IMG/VR virus record: IMGVR_UViG_3300043434_000693
Location: 1-64,000 of that record
Strand: one strand, 5' to 3'
Source: a virus
DNA: 64,000 nucleotides
The notes beneath the pieces were generated by a model. It saw nothing but the letters and a program-made list of their open reading frames with translations, was not told the DNA's origin and searched no databases. Made by a program: the position numbers and the translations under genes. How positions within the stretch are numbered: position 1 is the stretch's first letter; every line of letters begins with the position of its first letter. Positions 10,614 to 20,900 of this stretch are shown here, in pieces.

Positions 10614-11252
10614 TTATAGGAACGGAATATTTGTTGGGAACGGTATCTTCCAATGATCGATACCATCATACATAGTTTCTAATGTTAGTAACCATGCTGC
10701 ATGTTCTTCTAAAATTTCTCTATCTTCATCAGAATAATCGTTTTCTGCTAGGCATTTTGTAATTTCTGCCGAATACATTTTTGCAGATTCAATTACACTT
10801 TCACGTGTTAGCGCATGTTCGCGATATTTAGGTGAAGTAAATGTCTTTGTAGTTGGATTATACTCTAATGTATTGATGTAAAAACATTGATTAATACCAC
10901 CAGTATTATCATCATAGTGATATGTCCAAGAACCTAAATTGTTTGGTAAAACAAATGTTGGATCGTCAATAGTTTCATGTGTATAATTACTAGTCAAGTA
11001 TGCTGCTTCAAATGGATTTACTGTTGCATCGAGAAGGTAAAAACTAAATCCTTCTTCAACAAAGTTGTCAATCTCTAATGCTTCAGCTGTGTCTGCACCT
11101 CTTGCAATATTTTGAACAATTCCTGTGCTGTCTTCAACGCGCATTACAAGATATCTAAATCCATCATATGTAGCATTTACTACTTGATTAAGAGCTGTAG
11201 TTGTTTTGTACGGCTCATCCGGCAAAACAAAAGTAAAATTCTTCTTTATCAT
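10614..11252 (-). CDS. Hypothetical protein, possible tail-fibre assembly chaperone
   Basis: 212-aa ORF immediately downstream of the Cys-rich triplet. C-terminal W..L..L....W.IPFP loosely resembles fibre-assembly chaperone ends. Confidence 0.4.
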   Translation of the reverse strand: MIKKNFTFVLPDEPYKTTTALNQVVNATYDGFRYLVMRVEDSTGIVQNIARGADTAEALEIDNFVEEGFSFYLLDATVNPFEAAYLTSNYTHETIDDPTFVLPNNLGSWTYHYDDNTGGINQCFYINTLEYNPTTKTFTSPKYREHALTRESVIESAKMYSAEITKCLAENDYSDEDREILEEHAAWLLTLETMYDGIDHWKIPFPTNIPFL

Positions 11253-11275
11253 TTTTAATTCCTTTAATTTAAAAA

Positions 11276-12235
11276 TTAACTTGCAATATATTTAATTCTA
11301 ACGGCGCCCCAGCCACCTCGAACTCCATGATCGCGGACATCACCGCATGGATGAGGAGGTAATCCGCCCGATCCAATCGGAGTATATGTATTACAACCTT
11401 GCATTTCGTAGCATCCGCAAGATCTATCTGATCTCCAACATGATACTACTGGATGAGCAGCGTGAGGATGTCTTGCTGCGGCGTTAATAGCAGTAAAGTA
11501 ACCAAATAATGATCCACCTGACCAACTTGAAGCTGGTGTTCCGTCTGAGTCATTAGCATACGTAACAAGTACACCATTTTCAGCAAATACGCCTGCAGGA
11601 GTCGGCACGTGATACTGATAGTAGCAGAAGCAGTTTGGATAACAGCCAAAAAAGCTAGCACATCCAATTTGACCGCAACAATTAATATCACCTCCAAATC
11701 CTAATGCTTCCCAACCGCCTGAGCAGTGATTACAAATCATGCCGCAGTTATCGCCTGAGCATTTTTGACCACAGAATCCGTTAGCATAAAAACAACACCA
11801 AGCCGATGGAGTTGTAGAACAGAAACTAGTTCCGCCACGTCCTCCTCTTGCACAAATACATCCGTTGGTTCCACAACCAAACCAGCAAAGACCGGTTGCA
11901 TCTCCACATCTACTAAAGCACAATTCGTGAGCGTACCACGGCATTCCGGTTCCTCCACAGACATAACATCCTGCTTGTACCGAAATTGTTTTCTTTACAT
12001 ATGCGCCGGCATTGCCCGGAAGACCGTATCCACAACAACACATACGTGATCCGGAGCCACCTGCACCCCATGCTTCAATAACTGCTGTCCCAGTGCCGGG
12101 TGATTTCCAGCAAAATCCACTCCAAAAATTTGAATAATTTGTTCCTGGAGTATACACCCAAACTTGACCTGTTTCTAGATTTTCTTCTGATCTAACAGGA
12201 CTTCTATTTTTAAGAATATTTGTCAGTGATGCCAT
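11276..12235 (-). CDS. Cys/Gly-rich putative fibre-tip protein, paralog 3
   Basis: IEAWGAGGSG...GGWGAVRIKY Gly-rich fibre-domain frame; about 31 Cys by hand count, including CCC. Confidence 0.65.
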   Translation of the reverse strand: MASLTNILKNRSPVRSEENLETGQVWVYTPGTNYSNFWSGFCWKSPGTGTAVIEAWGAGGSGSRMCCCGYGLPGNAGAYVKKTISVQAGCYVCGGTGMPWYAHELCFSRCGDATGLCWFGCGTNGCICARGGRGGTSFCSTTPSAWCCFYANGFCGQKCSGDNCGMICNHCSGGWEALGFGGDINCCGQIGCASFFGCYPNCFCYYQYHVPTPAGVFAENGVLVTYANDSDGTPASSWSGGSLFGYFTAINAAARHPHAAHPVVSCWRSDRSCGCYEMQGCNTYTPIGSGGLPPHPCGDVRDHGVRGGWGAVRIKYIAS

Positions 12236-12238
12236 AGT

Positions 12239-13207
12239 TTAGCTCGCAATAAATTTAATTCTAACAGCACCGTGACCACCACGATAGCCCATATCTCTTA
12301 CATTATCACATGGATGTGGAGGATGTCCTCCAACTCCTGGAGGTAAAAACGGCATACAACCATTTGCTTCATAGCATCCGCATGTTCTGTTACCAGTCCA
12401 GCAACCAGTGTAATGGTTCGATTGTGTTGGTTGTTTTCCTGCGGCATTAATTGCGGCAATAAGATTCATAATACCGTATCCTGCCCAGTTTGATGTTCCG
12501 TTGTCGTTTTCAGTATTATATGTTACAACTGATCCGTCGGTTGAAATGAATCCCGGTGGAACATAAACGTGGAATTGATACTGACACACGCAACTTGGAT
12601 AACATCCAAAGAAACTTACACAGTTAAATCTACCGTAGCAATTAACGTCTCCGCCGTATGCTTGAGCGCAACAACTTGCAGTACCTGGTCCATAATTGCA
12701 CACAACACCACAGTTTTCATTGCTAGTTTTTGTTGTACAAAAAGATCCTGCTGTAAAACAGCAATACGCTGACGGTGTGGTTGAACAAATACTTGTACCA
12801 CCTCTTCCGCCTTGAGCACAAATGCATCCATTAGTTCCGCATCCAAACCAGCATAATTGAGTCGGTTCCGAACAACCTCTAAAGCACAAATCAGTGTTAC
12901 CACAAGAAAACCCAATGTCTCCACAAACATAGCAACCTGCACTTACCTGAATAGTTTTCTTAGAATAAGATCCAGAATTACCAGGTAGTCCGAATCCGCA
13001 ACAGCACATACGTCCTGCAGATCCGCCTGCACCCCATGCTTCAATAATTGCAGTTCCTGCAGCCGGAGCCCTCCAACAAAATCCCGAAGGCAACTTAGTT
13101 CTTATATTAGTTTGTGCATATAGCCAAACTTGTCCTGTTTCTAAATTATCTTCTTGATTTAGATAATTGTTGTATTTTGTTTTTAATAATGTCTTTAATG
13201 ATGCCAT
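12239..13207 (-). CDS. Cys/Gly-rich putative fibre-tip protein, paralog 2
   Basis: IEAWGAGGSAG..MCCCGFGLPGN...GGHGAVRIKF; about 31 Cys; collinear with its neighbours. Confidence 0.65.
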   Translation of the reverse strand: MASLKTLLKTKYNNYLNQEDNLETGQVWLYAQTNIRTKLPSGFCWRAPAAGTAIIEAWGAGGSAGRMCCCGFGLPGNSGSYSKKTIQVSAGCYVCGDIGFSCGNTDLCFRGCSEPTQLCWFGCGTNGCICAQGGRGGTSICSTTPSAYCCFTAGSFCTTKTSNENCGVVCNYGPGTASCCAQAYGGDVNCYGRFNCVSFFGCYPSCVCQYQFHVYVPPGFISTDGSVVTYNTENDNGTSNWAGYGIMNLIAAINAAGKQPTQSNHYTGCWTGNRTCGCYEANGCMPFLPPGVGGHPPHPCDNVRDMGYRGGHGAVRIKFIAS

Positions 13208-13211
13208 ATTT

Positions 13212-14192
13212 TTAGCTCACTGGTATAAATTTAATTCTTACTGCGCCGTCGCCGCCCATGTGAGCGTGATCTCGAACGTCGGCACACGGGAAAGGTCCAG
13301 TGCCCGGAACTCCGACTGGTGAATTTCTTACACAGCCGTCATTATCATAACATCCACAGTTACCACTCATTCCCCAACATGTAGCAAATGGAACGCCATG
13401 CGATGGCCATCTACCAGCTGCATTTAACGCAGCCATTTTTTGGTAATGTCCTTGTCCAGACCAGTTTGCAAATTCGTTGCTATTTTCAGTATTAAATGTT
13501 AAAACTGCACCTTTAGTAGCAATAATACCTGGACTTACTGCAACGTGTTGTTGAAATAAACAAATACAATTCGCTGTGCATCCAAAGAAGCTCACGCAAC
13601 TAATGCCGCCGCAACAGTTAAAGTCTGCGCCATAACTACATGCAATCCAACCGCCTGAGCAGTGATTACAAATAACTCCGCAATTATCATTTAATGTTTT
13701 TGTTCCGCAAAATCCGTTAGCATAAAAGCAACAATAACCCGACGCTCCGGTAGTACAGAAGCTTACACCTCCGCGACCACCTTGTGAACACACACATCCG
13801 TTAGTTCTACCATTTACGTCAACACCTTGCCAACAATATCCCGATGCTGTGCCGCATCCTCTAAAACAAAGATCATTTGAATTAGCACATGCTCTACCAA
13901 CAGATCCGCAAACATAGTTTCCTGATCGAACGCAAATAGTTTTTTCGCTATATGCTGCTGCATTTCCTGGTAAGCCAAATCCACAGCAGCACATTTTCGA
14001 ACCACTGCCGCTTCCGCCCCAAGATTCAATAATAGCAATTCCGTTACCTGGTGATTGCCAACAAAATCCATAAGGCATATCGGTATAAGACGTACCGTGA
14101 GTATAAACCCATATTCTTCCTTTCTCTAAATTTTGTTCAGTATCATACATGACACTTGATTTAGAGCTTAGTAATGAAGATAACTTTGCCAT
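13212..14192 (-). CDS. Cys/Gly-rich putative fibre-tip protein, paralog 1
   Basis: IESWGGSGSG..MCCCGFGLPGN...GGDGAVRIKF; about 31 Cys. Confidence 0.65.
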   Translation of the reverse strand: MAKLSSLLSSKSSVMYDTEQNLEKGRIWVYTHGTSYTDMPYGFCWQSPGNGIAIIESWGGSGSGSKMCCCGFGLPGNAAAYSEKTICVRSGNYVCGSVGRACANSNDLCFRGCGTASGYCWQGVDVNGRTNGCVCSQGGRGGVSFCTTGASGYCCFYANGFCGTKTLNDNCGVICNHCSGGWIACSYGADFNCCGGISCVSFFGCTANCICLFQQHVAVSPGIIATKGAVLTFNTENSNEFANWSGQGHYQKMAALNAAGRWPSHGVPFATCWGMSGNCGCYDNDGCVRNSPVGVPGTGPFPCADVRDHAHMGGDGAVRIKFIPVS

Positions 14193-14227
14193 ATTAACTG
14201 TTATTCCTATAGTTTAAGGCTGCATCA

Positions 14228-14560
14228 TTAAACAGCGGTATATACCCATCCGTATGTAACGCCAGTATAAATTAATGTAACCGATGCATTGTTAAGGTCT
14301 AACACAAGGTCATCTGATGCTCCTTGAATTAATGCCCCGTTACGTGCAATCGTAATATTGTTAGTCAACGCTGCACCACCGACATCGATAATTTGAATAG
14401 TATCGTTTTCTAGTAATGTTGTGCTGACCGGTAATGTAATTGTAAATGCTCCGCCTGACGAATTTGCTAAAATTCTATCGTTAACAGTAGCATTGAAATT
14501 AGCCGATACGGTTCTAAGAACGACACCGCTAGTCCCAGTTGTTGTAATATATCTTCCCAT
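14228..14560 (-). CDS. Small fibre/baseplate adaptor-domain protein (110 aa)
   Basis: Start re-assigned to MGRYITT at 14560 (AAGGA RBS). Motif GAFTITLP..D.IQIID..NNITIARNG..IQG..DLVLD..VTLIY..GW is common in T4-like fibre/baseplate proteins. Confidence 0.6.
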   Translation of the reverse strand: MGRYITTTGTSGVVLRTVSANFNATVNDRILANSSGGAFTITLPVSTTLLENDTIQIIDVGGAALTNNITIARNGALIQGASDDLVLDLNNASVTLIYTGVTYGWVYTAV

Positions 14561-14579
14561 AAGTATTCCTTTGACTATA

Positions 14580-14587
14580 TATTTATT
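14580..14587 (-). promoter_or_regulatory. Late promoter box AATAAATA
   Basis: Upstream of the 14560 start; heads the adaptor/Cys-rich cassette. Confidence 0.6.
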
Positions 14588-14906
14588 AAATTGTTGAGGT
14601 CTCAATACCGAAGGTCACTGCGCTAACATTATTAGAACTTGACCAAACTACTAGATTTTTGCCTGCTTGCATAACAATGCCGGTTCTTTCTAATACCCCT
14701 TTTGATAATATTTCTGTATTATATTCGATCCATTCTGCACTTGTTGGAGTAGTTGTGTTTGAAGTTGCTACTCTCACAGAAATTGCCGAATTAGATCTGT
14801 TGCAAATCGACACAGTTAATACTGTGAAAGTATCTGTAGGAACGGTGTATAAAGTAGTATTTGTTCCTGCTACGAGATCTGCCGATCCTAATCTTCCTGT
14901 TGCCAT
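14586..14906 (-). CDS. Small virion protein (~110-aa family, copy 1)
   Basis: TTLYTVP..TV..SICN pattern shared with the 36554-36886 and 26389-26718 products; follows a giant fibre gene. Confidence 0.6.
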   Translation of the reverse strand: MATGRLGSADLVAGTNTTLYTVPTDTFTVLTVSICNRSNSAISVRVATSNTTTPTSAEWIEYNTEILSKGVLERTGIVMQAGKNLVVWSSSNNVSAVTFGIETSTI

Positions 14907-14921
14907 AAATTTAAATCTCCA

Positions 14922-17900
14922 TTATCCTTGTAAAAACAAACTCATTGCTACTGGCGAACCATCAATACCAGCTGTGAAGTTCATTTTACTTAAAACGTTA
15001 ATTTGAACACCAGTTGTTGTAGTGATATAATCACCTGCAACATATACAACACCAGCAGTGAGCGTATTTACGTTCAGAGAGCTTCCTCCGCCACCTATTT
15101 GGCTGCTAATATATGCTTTGATTGCGCGTTGTGTCGGAATAATACTGTCTGAATCCGCAGTAAAGAACGGGTCTGTTGAGAATTCTGTAATAGTAGCGCC
15201 CGAACCTCCTAATGCAACTGCACCAAGTGTTAGTTCGTTCAATCCAGCAATATTAAACGCATCAGCATTTAATGTTGCAACACCTGTTGCTTGCTCTACT
15301 GAGAACAAAGTTCCTACACGGAAGTTACCGTCTTGGTCTGTACTTGTGTAGAACACTCGTCCGCCGCCTGATTCAATAGTTTCATTTTCCGGTATCGGCA
15401 GTATAGCTGGTATTCCTGGGTAGTTTGTGCTAGCAAAATTACCAGTGCCTATTTCTAAGAAGTCATGTCCAGTTAATCGAACTTGACTGTACTTAATTTT
15501 AATTGTAAGATCAGTATTATGTGCCGGCGAATCTGCAACTTCCATCGGAGGGCTAATCTGGAATCTTGCGGTATAAGGACCTGATCCAACAAAGTTTGTT
15601 ACTGTAACAAGTTTATAGTAATTTGGATCTCCATCAAACTGAATATTTGAACCCGGTACTGGATTTGCTGAAAGATCTTTAACATACAAATAACTGCCTG
15701 TTTGATAAATGTCAGCAGTTCCGTTACCGTCAACTGTTGCAGTAGAGGTTGCATACTGCGATCCTCTATTTGTAAACGTTGGATTAGCAAGTACGCCGTT
15801 TCCTGTTCTAACAGTCCAAGTTGCTTCGCTTGTGTTATTCGGATCTGTTAATGTTAATGTTGGTGCAGAAGTATATCCGCTGCCAGGTTCAACAATTCTA
15901 AATTCAGTAACTTTATTATCGACAACCTTACATCTTGCCTTAGCAGTTGCTCCTGTAACTACACTATTAGCAGTTGTAGTTCCAGTAGTAATTACTGCCC
16001 AAATTGGGTTAGAATTAGGATTACCAAACGCAACTGACTTCCATGCAGCTGATCCTGATAATGATCTCGATGTCCAAATTAATCCGTCTTCTGAAGTATT
16101 AATAACATCTGTCGATCCAGTAGCTACTGCTGCAAAAATGCCTTGTCCGTAACTTACCTTATTCCATGATGCTGACGCAGTTAATGCTCCACCGGCATAC
16201 CAGGTAATACCATCTAAAGAATATGCAGTCGATGTTCCACCAGTTGCAACTGCAACAAATCTTCCATTACCCCAAGTAACTGATTGCCACGATGCTGATG
16301 CAATTGTTCGTACTGTCCATAGAGTTCCGTTATTAGCAGACGATGCTGCAACGTTTGTTCCTACTGCAACCCAAATACCAGGTCCATATGCTACACTAGT
16401 CCAAGTTCCAGCAGGTAATGCTCCACCGGCAATCCAATTTGCTCCGCCGTCTGATGAAACATTAGTTGTAGTAGCATTGTTCGAAATTGCAACAAAATAC
16501 CCATTTCCAGCTGCTACATCAGTCCAATTGGATGAAGTTGTTAATGCTCCGCCCGATGTCCATATTGCGCCACCGTCTGTAGTTTTTGCTGTTGCAGTAC
16601 TTCCGTTACTAACAGCTACCCAAGTTCCAGTTCCAGATACCTTTCCGTATGCAAGGCTGTTCCATGTACCTGACGGTAATGCTCCACCGGAAGTCCATGT
16701 AGTGCCATTAACACTATACTGGCTTGCATTTCCAGTAGAAGATACCGCAACGAATTTTCCACCTGCTGCTTGTCCAGTATAACTAAAGTTAGTAATAACA
16801 CCAGTTAACGATACATTAGTAACGGTTATACTTACATCATTTAATGGACTAGCACCGCCAACGTCTGTGCCTGCAAGTGTTAATACATCACCAATTTCAA
16901 AACCGGTCCCGCCGTTGTAAAGTGTAATTGAATATGCTATTCCTGTCTTAACTACCGCAAATCTACCGTTAGTTCCGATGCCTCCAGTTGCTAATACATT
17001 AGCAAATGTAGTGTTTACATCACCGTATTCAACATCTGACCATGCTTGATTCACTTGTGTTTGAGCTGTTGCTGCATATGCTGGTGCAGTTAGTGTAACT
17101 CTAGGTTCTATAATGTAGCTAGTTGTTAAATCTAAATTAGTTACAATAGGTGTTCCAGGAACTACATGATCCCATCCTGCGGTGCCGTCAGATTCTTTTC
17201 TAATTTGTGCAATCTTACTACCTGCATTATAGGATTGAACATATCCATATTGTCCTACGCCTGTTCCGCTGATAATTAAAATTCTCATACCAACATATGC
17301 GGTACTAATAGCATTGTCTGTTGCTGCCAATGTGATTGCAGTAGTTGTACCTGCCTGTGCAACATTTGATGCAGTAACGTAATTTTCTCCACCTGTTCCA
17401 GATCCAGTATCAGTCAATCTAACTTCAAATACTGCGTCATCTCTAAACTCATCAGCTATTGCTGTTGCATTTAATCCAGAACCATTAATAGTGAATGTTG
17501 CAGAATTGTAATTAATACCTGCATTAGAATATTCTAATCTGTAAATTGAACTACCACTAGTTACTACATTACCGATTAATGCATCAACTGCTCTATTATT
17601 GACACTAGCAGTAATTGCTTCTTCAGTTGGATCAACGCCTTCAGAAACACAACCATATGTACCATATGACGAGTTACCGTTTGTAGCACGTATCTTTCCG
17701 CCGTTTTCTGCTAGGTATCCAATATGACCATAATATGAGAACACAGATACAAGTTCTGCTCTACCTAAATTAGTAACCCACGCACCGATACCGTCGCTTA
17801 AAATTTGGGTAAAGTCGTTTGCTACAACAGAGTCATTCCCGCCGTTATGTAATGCACCATCAACTTTTAGTCCAATACATGCAGTACCGAATGTTGTTAC

Positions 17901-20900
17901 ATTTTGAACATATGGTGATCGATTAGTGATCCATGCTTCGATGTGGTTTGGTCCAAATCCCGGATCTAAACTTACAAACGAACCAGCTGTTGGTCTTTTT
18001 GTACCATAGCTATTAACTGGACCTAAAGTGCCAGTTAACCCTTGAATAGTCATGTTGCGTAAACCGGTACCATTTCTTACATAGAACATATCTTCTTCAA
18101 TCGAGCCCGATACATTGTATGCGTTACGATAATAACGAGTTGCTAACACTGATTTATAATTTCCTGTATAAATTAAATCGTATGCTAGTGCTTCAATTAA
18201 CTCTACAGCATCTCTTTTGCAAACATCTTCGTTATATGTTCCTGAATAAGCAGGGTAAGCATCATTAATGTACGCAACTGCTTCTTCGGCTAAGAAATCT
18301 TTGTTTAATAAAAGATTATATGCACCGACAATAATGTCATTGTTGTTAACTTCGTAATTTGTTCCAGCAACAGGTGGTTGATTGCCGCCGTTCATGTATG
18401 ATAAAATGTCGTTCCATAGTGCATCTGCTAATGCCTCGGCTCCGCTTGCTGCAATATATTTTGCTTTATACTTTAGGAAATTGAGCATGTCTAAATGCGC
18501 TGTTAGTTGATCAGTCATTACAACTTGTAACGATGGAAGATCTCTGTGATAAGACATCCCTGATTTAATTGATCTAAAGTTACTTCCGAACATAAGATCA
18601 TATCCAAGAGCATCAACAATATAACCAACATCTCTCGAACAGATTGTTTGATCAAAAACTAGAGTTGGGTAATTTGCTTTTACAAATTGAACACAGTCTG
18701 ATTGTATTTCTGTCTTTTTTGCTTGCAATGCAGTATATGCTGCTAGTAAGCTAGCACTAACCCACGATGTATCCGGAGCAATAGTTGACGGTGCTGTTCC
18801 TGTATTAATAGTATCGTAAATATCTTGTACACGTGCTTGTGCGAATGTAGCAGCCCCTGCTGAACCAGGAGTTCCGCTAACATCCTGTGAAACAGAATTT
18901 CCAGCTGATGCAGGTACTGAAACACCGGTAACAATATCATCTATAATAGACTTTAAGTAAACTTGCACCGCTAATGCTTGATCTTTTTCTCCAGTTTCAA
19001 CAAAGGTTCCTAAAGAATAATACGAGGTTGCTGCAACTAAAGTTTCTAAATTTCCACCGTATGTTAAATCATAAGATAATGCATCAACAATGTATCCTAC
19101 ATCTCTTTCACATGCAATTTGGCCTGCGCCCCCGTATACGAATCCAATAAACGGACTAGCATTTGCTGCGATCTGTGCATTAATCCACGCACTAATTTCA
19201 GCAACAAGGAATGATTTATTTGCATTTAACAATCGACGAGCATTAAAATAACCAGTATCATAACCAGTAGGATCCGGTGTTACAAATGCATTTACTGATC
19301 CTAACCCATTATCAACAATATCAATAATTTCATTTGTATTATTAATGATTGATGTTACTGCTGTCGAACTGCCAACTGATCCTGCTACAACATTAGTATT
19401 TTGTGTTGCCGACGACATCGGTGTAATAGCAGTACCGGAAATAATATCTGCTGTAATCGATTGAATATATTGGTATGCTTCTACTGATTTTGATTTATCA
19501 TCTAATGATATTAAATTGCCTGCTGGACGAATATTTGTTGATCGTAGTTCGTCGCCTACAATTGCTGTATTTGCAGGTACAATGATCGGTAAAGTTTCGT
19601 AGAAAGTTCCTGTCTTTACAAAGATTGTATAGTTAACACTAAGAGCAGCAGGAATACCAGACGAATTGCCAGCTGTGATTGCAGCATTAATAATTCCAAC
19701 TAATCCTGTAATTTCTGTTATAACTCCGGTTTCTGCATCTTGAGATCCAGTGTATTGAGTTACATCAACATTATATACTGTACTTGGTGCTACATTTGTC
19801 AATACTGCCTCAATGACATCGAGCATATAGTTATATCCTGCTACGTCTTGATCATCTTGCGTACCAAGCAATGTATAAGAACCATTGACATATGCTAACG
19901 CTGCTTCACGTGTCTTTATGTTTCCGCTATGACTTATATCATAAATCAATGCATCAATTACATATCCAACATCTCTTTCACATTTCGTTGAGTTGTATGT
20001 AAATCCGCTCCAGATACCTGTTCCTAGAACAATCTGAGCGTCAATCCATCCAATAACTTCTTTTTGTATAAAGATTCTATTATTAATTAATAGATTCTTT
20101 GCCACTGGATTTTTTGCACCTTTTTCAATTTGCTGTGCAGCGTATCGTACAGTCTTCCATGGTTGATCTAATGTTATTCCGTATTGCGGTGCTGGACCAT
20201 CAGTTCCCGATGTTGCAACATAATACACTTGTTCAATAACACCGAAGTATTTCCATTCTGGTGTATCGTTGTTTACTGTTAGAACTTGACCATCGGCACC
20301 AATTGGTAATCTTGTTGGACCTGCTCCACCAAAATACACAAGATCGCCTTGTGTAGTTAATACATCAACTTCGTTTCCTGCTGCAACTAAATTCCAATAC
20401 GTACCAACAGTATCATTATCTGGTCTAGAAGGAACAGATGAAGTATGTGGATTGATGCAGATATAACTATTAGATCCGTATTTTACTGTATCGCCTAATT
20501 GATATGCAGTTGTACCAGCCCATGTATTTTGCCATTCGATTCCAGAATTTAATCTAGACCAATATGTTAAATCTGGCGGTTCATGATTAGTACCATCAGC
20601 AATCGCAACATATGTGTAACCGTTAACACGAACTACATCACCGACTTTGTAAGCAGTTGCACCTGACCAATCATTTTGAAATTTAAATCCTGTGGTAAAC
20701 AAATCCCAATCATCGGAATTGCTTGTCGGAACTTGATTTGTATGGTTTGTTTTGCTAATGTATGCGTAACCACCGTAAGTAACTACGTCGCCTGGTTGGT
20801 AAACAGTAGCATTATCCCAACTGTTTTCAAATTCAAGACCTTCTACAAATAAGTACCACTTTGTTTCGTCAAATGATGCACCAGAAGTATGATAAGTTGT

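Noticed and set aside
11276-14192. Diversity-generating retroelement or RiPP precursor explanation for the Cys-rich triplet
   Set aside because: No reverse transcriptase and no adenine-specific TR/VR pair in the window. The proteins are ~320 aa with a fibre-like frame, not short leader-core peptides.
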